Part shown: positions 37,752 to 50,402 of the stretch, piece by piece
Layout: each line of letters starts with the position of its first letter
Numbering within the stretch: position 1 is the first letter of the stretch
Assembly: GCA_973895155.1 (NCBI GenBank)
Contig: OZ316894.1
Coordinates: 19,908,451 to 19,972,450 of the forward strand
Length of the DNA stretch: 64,000 nt
Source: Marsupella aquatica
Lineage: Eukaryota > Plantae > Marchantiophyta
Direction of reading: 5' to 3'
Notes under the pieces: generated by a model
Seen by the model: only the letters and a program-made list of their open reading frames with translations
Database searches by the model: none
Told to the model about the DNA's origin: nothing
Made by a program: the position numbers and the translations under genes

Positions 37752-39905
37752 GTGACAACATGCAAGGACAACCCGACCTCCTGTCGTCTACCCAACTCCT
37801 GCCTCCCGGGGACAAGTGCTACATTCTCCACCTCACTACTCTGGCTTGAACTTCTCCTAATCGGTGCGCTACTCACAAAAGCTACTCAAAAGCATCCAAC
37901 CACTACGCTGAGTTCCCCCCCTCACTACTCCGGGGCTCTCCCCTTAAATACTGAAAACAAACACACCAAAGCACCCCTCAGGGGGTCACAATGATGGCGG
38001 CTACCCTAGCGGCGCGCTAAAACCTTCACGAAAGAAATCCTAATCCTAGAGCATGCAGCACACACATGCTCCTAAAACCCTAATCTAACAATGAGCCAAC
38101 GGTGCCTTCAACAACGCCCCCCCAACATTGCTCCATAAACCATGAAAATGCAAGGTACCCTACAATTGCCGAAACTAGGTGCCCCTCTGATTGCACCTCT
38201 GAGCTCACCCCTGGGTAACCCTGCTCTCCCTGATCATGAATCACCAAACCGTTCCCAAAACGGACGTCGGACGACCAAGTTATGGTCGTTTTAGTTTCAC
38301 GTACTTATCAACTTCGTCGGGCCCTAACTTACTCATCCGGGCTCCGTTTGAGGAGCGTTGCCTCTTGTTGGAATCAGCTCCGCGAGCTTTTTCCAACAAG
38401 CCCGTGAGTGCTTACTTCCAAAAATTTTCAAAAGCAAGAGGTCGTACGATCAAGTCCGTATGGCTACCCTAGTCCTCCTCCTCCTCACTCACGGTGCCCT
38501 GGCTTGAGCCCCGTGAGTTGGTCTCCTCATCGCTCTCCATTGGAGTGGATACCACTCCGCTAAACAAGGACTCACTTGAGTCTACCACCTCCTATTCTAT
38601 CTATCTACCCTGCCTACCAGCCTCAATCCTCCTGATCGCCACCACCGGTCCGTTGTAAAAGGAGGGGGCCCCTATAATTGTCGAATTAAAATTTTCTCAG
38701 AATTCACTTCTGAAAATATATCTTAGGAGCCCTCCTCTTCCTGATCACGGCTCCGGGAACGGTGGACAAAACGGAGGTCAAACAGCCAAGATATGATCGT
38801 TTAACTTTTCATGGGGCACCGTCTCCCTCCGTTTCGTCCGTACAACACCAGGGGCCCCCGGCTTTGCAAAACACGGATCATGGGTTCTCTGTATGTGCTG
38901 CTACCTCCTCCTTCCCTTGCAAAGCCGGGACCTCCTTCCGTATGGACGTCCGTACGGCCTCAAAACCCCCGTATTCTCAAAAAATGTAATCTGTTGTATC
39001 TCCCCCGTCTTAGCTCCGTTTCGGCCGTGTGACACATCGTTGGATTCGCTCGGTGAGCTCTTTCCAACAAGCCCGTAGACTCCTGATTTTTAGATGGTCA
39101 AAAATCTGATGTTCGTACAACCAGGGTCCGTACACATGTTGAAAGCAAGCACAAGAGGGAAAGGGTTTAGGTATGGGTGGAAACCCCACAAGTGAGAATA
39201 GAGAAAAAAGGAAGGAAGAAAGTGTGAGGGCCCCTTCTACGGATGTGTTCTTCTACGGAGTGCCCCTCTACGGAGTGGGGAAGGGAAAGAAAGCAAAAAC
39301 CATGTGAGGACAACACAAAGGGTGAAAGGGAACACAAGTGTGGGAACCCCTTCCTTCTAAGGGCCCTCCCACCATCACTACTCCAAGATTGCCTAGTTTG
39401 TCATTTTACCGGCGTTGAGGTCCCTCAAGATGTCACTGTTTGATATAAACTAGAGAACCTCAGTTTTGCATGGGGCTCATTGAGGGCTTCAAAATGAATC
39501 CAAACATGACCATGTTTGGAATAGTACTAGCGCAGCAACGTCTGTTTTAAGTTTCAACATTTTCTATATTTTGGTCATTTTTCCCGTTTTGCGCCTTACG
39601 TGGAGCCTCCGACCAGCCCCCACCCCTCCAAGATGCCCCCACCCCTCCAAGTGCCCATACCTTGGCTCCAAGTCCTTGGGCTGCCTTGTGGCCTCCTTGT
39701 ACCCCCTCAATGGTTCCCTTGTCATCCATCACCGCCCGACACCCCTCTCAACTCTGGCCTCCGGGTGTCGCATCCATTTATTAGAACTAACAAAAATTAA
39801 AAAATTAAAAATCCAAACACTTTTACTACACCTACTTGTCTTTCTACTTATATACGTAATTATAAGTCGTCACTAAGTTACTACCAGGTTTGGGGCCCTG
39901 TCACA
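37752..39905 (-). mobile_element. Solo-LTR-like element (~2.15 kb), probably Ty3/gypsy
   Basis: Termini GTGACA...TGTCACA are inverted and TG...CA-like. Internal duplicated motifs include TTTCCAACAAGCCCGT at ~38390 and ~39061. Includes the right arm of the inverted repeat. TSD not evident. Confidence 0.55.
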
Positions 39906-40427
39906 ACTATTGAAATAAAAATAGATAAATAAATCTGAGTGAGTAGAAGAAATTGTTAAGTATACAGTTGAGTCATGTTTACAAGGCATTGTGAAATATA
40001 TTGCTCCAAAAAAGGAGAGCTGCAGTTTGAATTGTGAGGAACCATTATTTATTGCTCATAATGCTCCAACAATGGGACCTGAAATCATACCTGCCCATAT
40101 GAAAGCCCCATCTCTGCCTCGTTGCTTCCTCATTATTTTGTGTCCTATGGTGAAAAGTGTCTCACCATAAAAGGTGGAGTATTCTTTGTGGAGCTAAGTA
40201 GATTCAAGTGGATCTTCATGATGACCTTATCCAATTCTTGACTGCACATTCTTCTCTAGAAATGCCCTAAATATTACAAAGAAAATATAATTGAAGGGCA
40301 TTGAGTAAAGTTATCCTTAATGTAAAGGGGCCAAAGTCAGGGTCAGATTCCCTGTTTGGTCTTTTAAGTGTGTTTCCTTAAACTTTCCAAAGTTCCCTTG
40401 TAACAGCCCAGTTTAGTAAAAAAGTAG

Positions 40428-40680
40428 GTGATTGAGCAGCAAGCATATTGAGCAACAAGCAGGGAGCAGGCGATTGAGCAGCAAGTAGCTCGCGATTGCA
40501 ACTTGCAAGCAGCTCACGATTGCAGCAAGCAGCAGCAAGGACCTCGCGATTGAGCAACAAGCAGGAACAGGCGATCGATTGAGCACCAAGCAGGAGCAGG
40601 TGATTGAGTAGCAAGCAGGAGCAGGCGATTGAACAAAACGATTGAAGCAGCAGGCGATTGCAGCAGCAGGCAGTAGGCAA
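40428..40680 (+). repeat. Degenerate tandem array of GCGATTGAGCAGCAAGCAG-like units
   Basis: About ten GATTG(A/C)-anchored units of ~20-25 bp read directly. Confidence 0.75.
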
Positions 40681-40918
40681 TGGAGCTCGGCAGCTTACGA
40701 TTGAGCTCAGCAGCTCAACAATGCAGCGCAATGATGGAGGGGGGGAGGAAGTAGATTCGAGCCTGTGCTGCGATGCGATCATGGGAAACATCGGGGCTGG
40801 GCAATGCCCAGTCAGGCTCCCCTCACCCTAACTCAAGGTGAGAAGGGCTGAAAGTTGTCGGGGGGATCCAAAACGGCAAAATACGGGATCCAAAACGGAT
40901 TCTGCCCTGTATTTTGCC

Positions 40919-40982
40919 GAAAAATTGTTAGGCGAGTTAAAGTTAAAAATGCAATTAACTTTAACTCGCCTAACAATTTTTC
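40919..40982. repeat. Perfect 28-bp inverted repeat with 8-nt loop
   Basis: GAAAAATTGTTAGGCGAGTTAAAGTTAA-aaatgcaa-TTAACTTTAACTCGCCTAACAATTTTTC. Confidence 0.95.
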
Positions 40983-43497
40983 ATAAAGTCACGGTCAGTC
41001 ACCCTTAATCATGCACATTAGGGATAACTTTAGTATATTGTAAAGTTTTGTTTACAATGCAATGTGTGCCAAAAGTCAAGCTTCACACCAATAAGTGATT
41101 TCTTTTCTCTATTTGTAGAGGAAGTTGAACTAACCACAAATGCCTCACTGGCTAGGAGTAAAAATATCTAGAAACTTATTATTAAAATTTTGGCAGGAAA
41201 GACTTCCATTTTCCCTGATCTTAAGTAGAGTCATTAGTTCTTCCAAAATCTTATGATCATATAAAATTTTAATAACGAGCTTTTTGCACAAGCTCCTAGC
41301 AAAAATGATACAAAATCCCAGTGGACCAAATATTATAATAAGCAAAATTCACCAAAATCTGCATTTAGCTGTAATTGGATTTATATGATCCTAAGATAAG
41401 TCATACATATGGTGAATCTAATTACAACTGGGATTACAATGGTGGTGGTGGTTCCCTGGGAACCCATCAAGCCCTTTTCTTGGGAAATGCTATAGATAAC
41501 AGTAGGGTGTTTCATATATAAAAAAACAATTTAAAACATGGGCTGCCCGTGAGTCACTTGGGCGCACCGCAACAGGGTCCATTTGGGCCAATGTTTTTGG
41601 GGTAGTGAACTATGAGAAGGGTCGCTGGTGTTCATGCCAGCCTAACCGTGGTTAAGTTGAACGAGAGAACTACAACATTGGGACCTCTTCGCCCGCTGCA
41701 GGTTTTGAATTCACCGTAAAAGTTTTGAATGCCTTTTGTCAATTGCAGCAACTTTTAAAATTGCAATTCCCTGTCATGGTCAAGATGTAGTTCACTGTAA
41801 AACGTGCATTTTTGGATGCAGGGGACTATATGACTGGCCTGTACTTAACCAAGGAATAGAGTTATCCACACTGCACTGAGACATGGTTGACAATAGTTGG
41901 GCAAGAGATCCTCTGCGTTGGAAACTTCTGGCTTTGTAGACCTGTTTGTAAATTCCGAGTGGTGCATGTTTTGGTACTTGTTTGAAAAAAGTTGAAATAG
42001 CCGTTTGAGTATTTCTGTCTTTGAATAAAAATCTCTCACAAGGTTCTTATTTCAGAAAAACTTCGTATGCGTGATTCTTGTAAAGTTGCTCGAAAGGGAA
42101 GAACTTTCTAAGAAAGACAGGCACCACTGGTTAGAAAGCTTAGGTAGGGCTAGTTTTCTTTCGCATTACTTCTAGAAAAGTTGCTTCATGTCCTTTACAA
42201 ACAGGTGTAGACGACTTCTGACTCTTTTCTGTATATTGGTAGGGAGCATGAAGACTCTAGGACGGCCTTTCTTCGTTAGTATGGGAACGAGGTGAGGTGG
42301 CAAGAGGACCATGCAACCCAGAGGAAATGTGGTGATTGGTTTTGGTTGGCGAATGTACAGTAGTTGGGGCCCCTAGTGCCCTAGTGGGAATCTGGGCCTT
42401 TGGGTAACGTGGTTGGAGGAGAATTGGGTACAAGAGCTCCGCAGCAGGATTTTCTTTTGTTTTGTTCCGACATCATGGATTAATTATGATGACCTGGTCC
42501 CACCAGTTTTGAAAATGGACAGCGGATAGTTTAACGACCCCAGTAAATCTTCAAATATGTAGCTATTGGGGCTACAGCACATATTTTGGCCAATCTGGTT
42601 CATTTTCTCTCTAATCTTCTTTGGAGCATTTCCACTGGTTGTGTCATTCTCAACTCGATAGATGTGCAAATAGTGAGTTATGGCAGATCAACTTGTAGGT
42701 GGTCGGTTTAAAGGGGCAATATCCCCATGGGACATGTAACATGCAATCCACTGCAATTTACGGTCTTGAGTCCCCGCACATCAAATTATGATAATATGCA
42801 GTGTACTATGTCACTCTAGACCATGATAAACCTACTGTAGATATTCGGCTTCTATCAGTGAGGTTTTTTCATACATTGTCACATCTTGATGTGCAGTTAT
42901 GGGGAAGCAATGGTCTTCCGTCATTGTCGTTGCCTTGATGTCTGGCAGTCGGTTGATCTGCGTTGCCCACAGTGTTGACAAGGGTGGGCAGCCAATCCTC
43001 CCGCGTGCCCAAACTTGCCCGTTGTTGTGTGCGGTTGACAACTTCTTGCAGGCTGGGCGGGTTTAATTTTTCAGTGCTCTCTGAAGTTCAAAAAATTGTT
43101 CCCAAGCTGGTCACCCTACAGTCATCCTAGCCAGTATTTCTCACTACAGGTGAGAATGGTCTTATGTCATTCCCCAATGCTCACTCCCCATACGGCCCAG
43201 TTCAAGTGACGACATAAGAGTATCTCAAACCTCAGTGTACGCACAGAATTTTGGGCAGGTAAAATTATTTGGTCAAGCTTGGTATGCCAATCACATTTTT
43301 GGGCAAGGGCTGTCCGAAGAGGGACATTGTTTGACTGGGGCCACAAGATCTCGTTCCACATTAACAGCCCCAATTAAGACGTTCAATAAGGATCCCAAGA
43401 GGCAAAGTGTGAGCCCCCGTGCGAGGTGTCAAACCATTCTGGGCCTGGGATCCTTAGCTGTACACTAAAATCCGAGGGCAGCCTATGTGTGAGACAC

Positions 43498-43594
43498 TCT
43501 AATAGGGCCTCTCAAACCTTCAGGTCTGCAAAAAACGTTTGACCAAAACTGGTAATTTTTTCCACGGAGCTGAAGGTTTGAGAGGCCTATTAGA
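43498..43594. repeat. 25-bp near-perfect inverted repeat (hairpin)
   Basis: TCTAATAGGGCCTCTCAAACCTTCAG ... CTGAAGGTTTGAGAGGCCTATTAGA, with one bulged G and a ~46-nt loop. Confidence 0.9.
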
Positions 43595-44132
43595 CTGGTC
43601 GCCAGTGTGCGCACAAACAAGCTTGTCTCGAAAATACCCGTGGTCACAAGTGTGTGCACAAACATGTTTGTGTACTCCAGAAAATGCCTTTCATTCGGGC
43701 CAAAGTCAAAACAAAGAAAAATGAGATGCCCTAGGAACGGTACTCACCCATCCCACCCTGAGCTAGTGAGCTGAGAACCTTCTTCTCTTCTTTCCCAATC
43801 CGTGAGAAACCACATTACGTGACTACTAATCAATATTCCTCAGTCCTACGTGTGCGACACCCGCAGGGAAAGTACCGTCCTATGCCCTCCTTTTCTTTTT
43901 CGTTTGCATGCTTTGGGCCGCAAGTCCGCAACTGCAAGCAGAAGGTGCGTGCCCGTGGAATGGGACAACCCACTATTAAATGCAGTACTCTCCACATTGC
44001 GTGATTATTGTCGTGGCTGCTTGGCAGCTCCACCGACGTCAGTATTACTTTGCGGATTGAAACGGTAGTTGCTGAGTATGTGCTGACCCTGCAAGCCCGA
44101 CGAGTCCTTAATGTCGTTCACTTTTGACGTCG

Positions 44133-44654
44133 TATTATTTGACCCTGGCACCCCTAACTCCCTAAGATAATACCTCCCCAGTCCACACCAAGCTGGCACT
44201 TGAGAGAATGCTTCATTTCTTTTAAGTGGTAAAATTTGTCAAATTTCATTCCATTAAAGTATACCACAGTAGTTATTTTTGGCAAACATTAAAGTATCTT
44301 TTGACTTTTCCGCCACAAACACCATTTGTCAAAATCTGATTCCAACCTAGGGAGTTCTAAGAAATTAATCTGAAAATTTCACTCCTTACATCTAGGAAGA
44401 TCCATAGGTCAGATATTAATCTAATACAAAAGCATTCTTAGGTTCTTCATTACATCCGACCGCATGGACAAAAAAACTTTAAAATAGTATGGTAAGGACA
44501 CTAGGGTTGCATGGTACCAGACTACAACTGTGAAGCGTTGCAGTTCTAGAGAGGCTGGGAATGTGCATGTCACTGGGGGCCATTCAGTCTTTTCTCTATT
44601 ATTTGACCCTGGCAACCCCGAGATAATACCTCCCCAGTCCCCCACCAAGCTGGC
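44133..44654 (+). repeat. Pair of ~60-bp direct repeats (44133-44197 and 44597-44654)
   Basis: TATTATTTGACCCTGGCA...AGATAATACCTCCCCAGTCC...CACCAAGCTGGC occurs twice. Confidence 0.85.
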
Positions 44655-45389
44655 GAGTGCGCCAATTCAATGGCCTCCAGCATAAATTTGTACGCGTAGA
44701 AGGGGTTCCCCTAACCATGACTTCCCTCACAAGAAAAATCTAAACGTCAAAAATTTGTGTTGTACCTGAAAAAATACCTCCAATTGCTCCTCTCTAAACA
44801 TTAGATCATGAATGCTAGACTTGTTAGCAAATGGTTACTCTATACTGAGTAGGTTATGAGTGGTAGACATGGTTAGTGAATGATAGAAAGATGGATGGAT
44901 AGATAGATGTGGATAGAAGATAGATAAGTAGACTATTATAAAGCATCGTTAACAAAGATTTGCTTGATGGGGTGTAATCTTAAACATATTGCTTGATTGG
45001 GGTGCTAACTCTTACATTCATTTGATTGGGCCCATGTTTTTCTCGGGGTTTTTCTTTGCAATTCAATAGCCACAAGACTGTGAAATTTGCTTCTTCTAAA
45101 GAGGGACTGCTTCCCTTTTAAAAGAAAACTGCAATATACTTGTTTGATGCAATTAAAAAGTTACTGTTTTATTATGTTTTTGGGTGTGGTACACCAGTTT
45201 CCCCTTCACATCACAAGGTCACTAGTGAGTGTCAAAGCATAGCAATGACTTAAAAGACTTTTACGGTCAAGACAAAACATCAGGGGCTACCTAAATATGT
45301 GCCCCCTAAGGGCTGTTTGTCCAAAAACTTGCAGCCATACGACCTGGAAGTGCTCTGACATGCCCTATTAGCCACAATATGACGTTATC

Positions 45390-45860
45390 CTTAATTCTGG
45401 GTAATTTATGTAAGCAATATTCTTAGCATCTTCTCCCTGACACAGGGTACCATTTCCCGCACTGGCAACTTTAACCTGGAGAGCTTTGAGTTCAGAGTAT
45501 TGTTGTTCCTACTCAGGTCCCCACCTTCTTGACTTAAGCTTTGAAAGTGTACTGTTGTCTTTGTGTATTCCAGAAGGAAGTGAACTCAGTGGAGTTGAGA
45601 TAGAAACACCCTCCTGGGTGTTGTTGGTTGCGGGTATGATTACTTGAATAGGTTTGAAGACTGGTCAATTCCATTGTGTATGAGCTGGTGGAGGTTACAC
45701 TAGTAAAAAGAATTTGGAATCCAAAGAAGAAGTGTGGGCCAGGTGATACATTGCACTCTTGCAAGTGGCCAAGGCCTGATTTGTGGCTAGTGAGTCAGTG
45801 TGCATTGCATCCCAAGAAACCTCATGTTGTAGGTTGCGGTAGTTTTGGCTTCGAAACCTG
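45390..45860 (-). mobile_element. Highly decayed Ty3/gypsy RT-RNase H remnant
   Basis: Fragments in the expected order on the minus strand: PQPTT*GFLG (RT thumb), FWNTQRQQYTFKA (linker), ASAGNGTLCQGEDAKNIAY (RNase H-like). Many stops. Confidence 0.3.
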
Positions 45861-46961
45861 GTTTATTCAAGGGTCCAACACTAGTCTAAAATTTGGTCTG
45901 GTTAGTATTGTGAATTGATTTCATCTACAGTAACTAGGCAACTATCTCTTCATCACATTTTAATCATCTGGGATGGCCACCTATATTTGATTTGCTCCGT
46001 ACCACTCCACTTTTCTTTCACTGTTCGAGGTAGTTACTCTGACTTGCACAAAACTATCCATATCCTCCAGCCCAAAGTCCGTTTACACTGTGAAGTGCCA
46101 CAAAACAGTTGGCCTAGTGGAATGGAACTGAGAACAGGACCGAGAATGCAACTCAAGTCCATTCTTTTCATGTAGAACTGAGAATGAATACAAGAACAAG
46201 CTTGAATCATATCTGCTCGCTCCTGTTAAAGCACTAGTCTTGAGGATGACGAATTCCTGTCTATGCACTTGAGGTGGATTGCATAGACTGCCTACTGCCT
46301 CTGTCTGTTTTCCAGCGGAATGCCCTCCCCTGCGAATGACTCTTCATGGAGTTCCATTGTTTCTATGGTGGATTTGGGTGACAATTTATCCTTGGAGATC
46401 AGTTCTTGGGATATTAGAGATGGCTTTGATTTTTTTAACCCGGCCAAGTTCGATCCTTCGCTCCTTCTATAGACGTCGGTTGGATAAACAATTGCAAAAC
46501 GTGCGCAAAAAAGCATCAGATTTGGTATTGATCGGTGTCACCCGGCACTACAGTAAGTTACACCACGTGACAGCAAAGGGTTGGGTAATGCTCGTTGACT
46601 CTCTTATGTCAGTGAATAATTACGATATAATTATAACTTTAGTTAAAAAAGAGGGAATCTAGAATGATAGTACAGGAACAACACCAAAACAAAGGCACAC
46701 TAAGAAGGTATATGCAAGAAGGTTTCATCTGGAATACAACACAACATTTTAAACTCTTTTGCACGGTAAAGCACATTGCAATCCTATGGAGTATCGGCTA
46801 CAAAGACCTCCAGAACTGTGTTCTGCCGAAGGGGTGATGTGCAGTTCGGGACAAGCACGGGACTGGTCGAGGGCATAGTGGTGAAGGGCAAGATTCGTGC
46901 AGACGTGGCGCAGCCTAGGAATTATCTCGACAGGATTTTGGCACATGAGCGTGGTGCTGAG

Positions 46962-46965
<4 letters not shown>

Positions 46966-46994
<29 letters not shown>
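46966..46994 (+). repeat. (GA)n microsatellite in the probable 5' UTR or promoter of the transporter gene
   Basis: Direct reading, ~200 bp upstream of ATG 47197. Confidence 0.85.
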
Positions 46995-46997
<3 letters not shown>

Positions 46998-47196
46998 TGA
47001 TGAGCAATTCGAGTGAAGAAGGTGGGGAATTGTTGATACACAAGTGGAAGGAAGACTGATCTCTCTTGGCATGGAGCAGCGCTGTGCTTAAACATGGGGA
47101 TTGACGGAGTTGAGAGAGAGGGACAGTTCAGGAGAGCTGAAGTATGAAAGTTTGAATTCCACTGAGCTCCAAGAAAATTGCAATTGAGAGAGAGTC

Positions 47197-48900
47197 ATGG
47201 CGAGCTCCAATCGCGAGCCTCTTCTCGGTCAAGACCGAGGTTCGGATTCGGGTTCAATTACATGGAAGAAACTTTTTCGCCCTCACAACCTCACGGTCGC
47301 GGCTGGACCTCTAGGGACGGCGATAATTTTCGGCATCGCCAAATATCATGGCTTCGATGATGGTACCGGAGACGTGCCGGCATCGTCTAGGACGATCGGG
47401 GCCATGCTAGGCGCGCTCGTGTGGATGGCGGTGTGGTGGGTTTTTGAGCCTGTCCCGATTGCCATCACCTCGCTTCTGCCACTGGTCCTCTTCCCTTTCT
47501 TCAAAGTGATGGATGCCGACTCCGTGGCAGCAGAGTACATGAATGACACAGTTGCGCTCATGCTCGGCACGTTCATCCTTGCGTTGGCCATCAACAAATA
47601 CGACTTGCACAAGCGGATGGCGCTGAAGATTCTGCTGCTAGTTGGCGGGGAGGAGATGAATCCTCACGTAGTTCTCCTGGGGTTCATCTGCGGCCCGGCG
47701 TTCATCAGCATGTGGATGGCGAATACGCCGGCGTCTGCCATGATGATCCCAATGGCCACTGGTCTGCTATCCAATATCGAACCTGCGCATCACATTGAGC
47801 GCTCCAGGTCGAAGATCGCCTCGTTGTTGGAGCAGGGGAAGCCTGGCCATGAGGTAGACGAGGTTTCGGAGAATACAATTGCCAGGGAGGCCATTCGCAA
47901 GTACTCGCAGGCGGTGATTATCGGCATCACGTACGGGATTGGTTTGGGGGGAATGGCAACTCTGATCGGTTGTGGACCAAATTTGGTGTTGCCTGGAATT
48001 TACAGTGGGAGATTCCCTGATGCACCGCAGGTTACATTTTTGCTGTGGTTGAGTTTTGCCCTGCCGTTGGTGATTCTCTGGTTACTTCCCATGTGGCTGT
48101 TCCTCTGCTGGAAATATATCCCAGCCCCTGCTGTGCCGGTGATTGAAGCCAGCTTGAACCGGAGCCTGGTCGTGAAGACTTATACCGAATTGGGAAGGAT
48201 TTCTTTTGCTGAAATATTTATCCTCATCGAGTTCTTTGTCCTGATTGCAGCATGGATTACCAGACAATTTGGGGAAACTCCAGGTTGGGGCATCTTCTTC
48301 AACAACTTCCCCAACGATGGCACAGTTGCCATTGCAGCTGCCGTGTTGCTCTTCGTGGTGCCGAACCGGAAGAAGAGTGGAGAGATGCTCATGAATTGGA
48401 AGGCTTGTAAGGAGATTTCGTGGAGTGTCATTCTCCTCTTGGGTGCCGGATTTGCTCTGTCGACGGGCATCAAAACGAGCGGAGTATCGACATGGATCAG
48501 TATCCACATGGAGTTCTTTGAGTACTTGCCTAAGTGGTTGGTTATTCCAGTACTGGCCGGGATTCTCAGCGCTATCACGGAGTTCACGTCTAATGCTGCC
48601 TGTGCGACCCTGTTTCTCCCCATTTTTATAGAAGTAGCGGTTTCCATGAACCTTCACCCATTGTTTCTCTTGATTCCCACTACATTCGCCAGCAACTACG
48701 CCTTCATTTTGCCCTCTGGCACTCCTCCGAATGCCATTGCAATTGGTACTGGCTACGTCACTGTCAACGACATGGCCGCCCCTGGTCTATTCATGCATGT
48801 GTGGGGCATTTTACTTCTAAGTATCCTCATTCCGACTTACGGTGGTTGGATTTTTGGATTGAACGATGCTGCTTCTTCTCTACCATGGCTCGCTCCCTAG
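47197..48900 (+). CDS. SLC13/DASS-family transporter, tonoplast dicarboxylate transporter-like, single exon
   Basis: 567-aa polytopic membrane ORF. Family motifs: WMAVWWVFEPVPIAITSLLPLVLFP, LHKRMALKIL, FISMWMANT, GLGGMATLIGCGPN, WSVILLLGAGFALS, TEFTSN, FILPSGTPPNAIAIGTG. N-terminal EPLL dileucine-like signal. Confidence 0.93.
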   Translation: MASSNREPLLGQDRGSDSGSITWKKLFRPHNLTVAAGPLGTAIIFGIAKYHGFDDGTGDVPASSRTIGAMLGALVWMAVWWVFEPVPIAITSLLPLVLFPFFKVMDADSVAAEYMNDTVALMLGTFILALAINKYDLHKRMALKILLLVGGEEMNPHVVLLGFICGPAFISMWMANTPASAMMIPMATGLLSNIEPAHHIERSRSKIASLLEQGKPGHEVDEVSENTIAREAIRKYSQAVIIGITYGIGLGGMATLIGCGPNLVLPGIYSGRFPDAPQVTFLLWLSFALPLVILWLLPMWLFLCWKYIPAPAVPVIEASLNRSLVVKTYTELGRISFAEIFILIEFFVLIAAWITRQFGETPGWGIFFNNFPNDGTVAIAAAVLLFVVPNRKKSGEMLMNWKACKEISWSVILLLGAGFALSTGIKTSGVSTWISIHMEFFEYLPKWLVIPVLAGILSAITEFTSNAACATLFLPIFIEVAVSMNLHPLFLLIPTTFASNYAFILPSGTPPNAIAIGTGYVTVNDMAAPGLFMHVWGILLLSILIPTYGGWIFGLNDAASSLPWLAP

Positions 48901-50041
48901 ACTAAAAGGATGGAGATGACACCAACACTGACCCGGTTCATTTCCGGAGCTCATCTGCATGAGACAGCTCTATATGAGAAAACCACCAGTGGCCCCGTGG
49001 GCAAGGGAAGAAGACGAGTTTCACGAAGGAGAGCAGCTTGGAATCGAATTTGGCTCACACTGCATGATCACAAGACAGGAACAGAACCTCAGTCCCCATT
49101 TCCAGGCATCGTTTTCTTGCTTGGTTTCTAACTCCGGGGTCATCTCCGAAATCGATTCGACGGCGGAAAATCAAAGAATCAGATTTTGACACTGGAGTAC
49201 GAAATGCAGGGAGTCAAAGGTGGATCATCTGTGGCTCATCGTGTTGCATCGCTCGTCCGCACGATTCTACTGGTGGAACTGCAGCTATACTGCAGTCCAG
49301 AGTTTTTTTTAAAGAAGATCTCAAAAACACCAGTGTATGGTGATCTATGTCAATAGCAAGCATCGAAGATAAGTGAGATCTACTGCCGACAAAAGCTTGC
49401 ATCTTAAAATAATTCTTATTTTTTTAGACCTTCAGAAAATCATTTTAGGGTACGAGGGTCCCGTCATGGGATGTGAGTGAGGAGAGTATACCTAGCATGG
49501 TATATCTACCGTTCACCTCCAAATGAACAGTGGCTTATCCTACCCTTTTATAGTTGCACCTGTAGTTTAATGATTATTAGACTCGGGGCTTGACAAAAGT
49601 CATATTGTTCCTGCTCTTCTGCATTGGCCTCATGGCCTGGCTCCTTATATAGTTGCAGCTCTGCTTTAATGATTATTAGGTGCAGTGCGTGACAGAAGTT
49701 AGATTGTTCCTACTCCTCAATTGGCACACTGGTCATATTTGATTGGATTGCAGATGTGGAATGTAGCATTTGTCGAAAAGATCTGTAAATTGTCTGTTCT
49801 ATTTAATTAACCCGCCCTTCTATTCCCTGAACTTGATTGTAAATTTGCAAGTGAAACATAAAAAACTACAGTAGTTGTACTGTTCATTCTTATAGCAAAC
49901 AGTTAATGTATCATCTCAGCTACTATATATTAGAGAAGCACTTGAGGTTTAGATTGCAGTTGAATCCAACTGTCAATCTTCTGCTGATGCTGATTCCCCC
50001 ACTTCAGAAGTGAAGCATTCATGAACTAGATCTTTGTCACC

Positions 50042-50107
50042 AAACTCTTCCCGATCTCATGAAATTTCCAAGGAAACTCTTCCCGATCTCATGAAATTTC
50101 CAAGGAA
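50042..50107 (+). repeat. 32-bp tandem duplication
   Basis: AAACTCTTCCCGATCTCATGAAATTTCCAAGG x2. Confidence 0.9.
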
Positions 50108-50402
50108 CTCACGTTGTGATACTTAATTGTCTCTCTGGGGTACAGAAGGCAAAGAGTTATAAGAGCAATAGACCAGGGAATAACAAGAACAGTTCCATCA
50201 ACAATCTCATAATTTGCTTTCTGATTGTTGATCAAGTTTAAATGTTTGAGGTAAGTATTGAAAAATGAGGTATCTAGGATACATTTGTTTGTGATTTTTT
50301 TTCGAAATGTCATGTTCTCTTTCCATCCTAAACGTGCAAAAACTATATTGAGCTCGGATCTATAATGGACTCCACTGGCTTTTATTTCCTCCATGTTCTG
50401 TC

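Noticed and set aside
40378-40791. 137-aa Cys/Leu-rich ORF
   Set aside because: Translation artefact of the tandem repeat array.
48082-48657. Antisense ORFs of 155-191 aa
   Set aside because: Shadows of the DASS transporter CDS.
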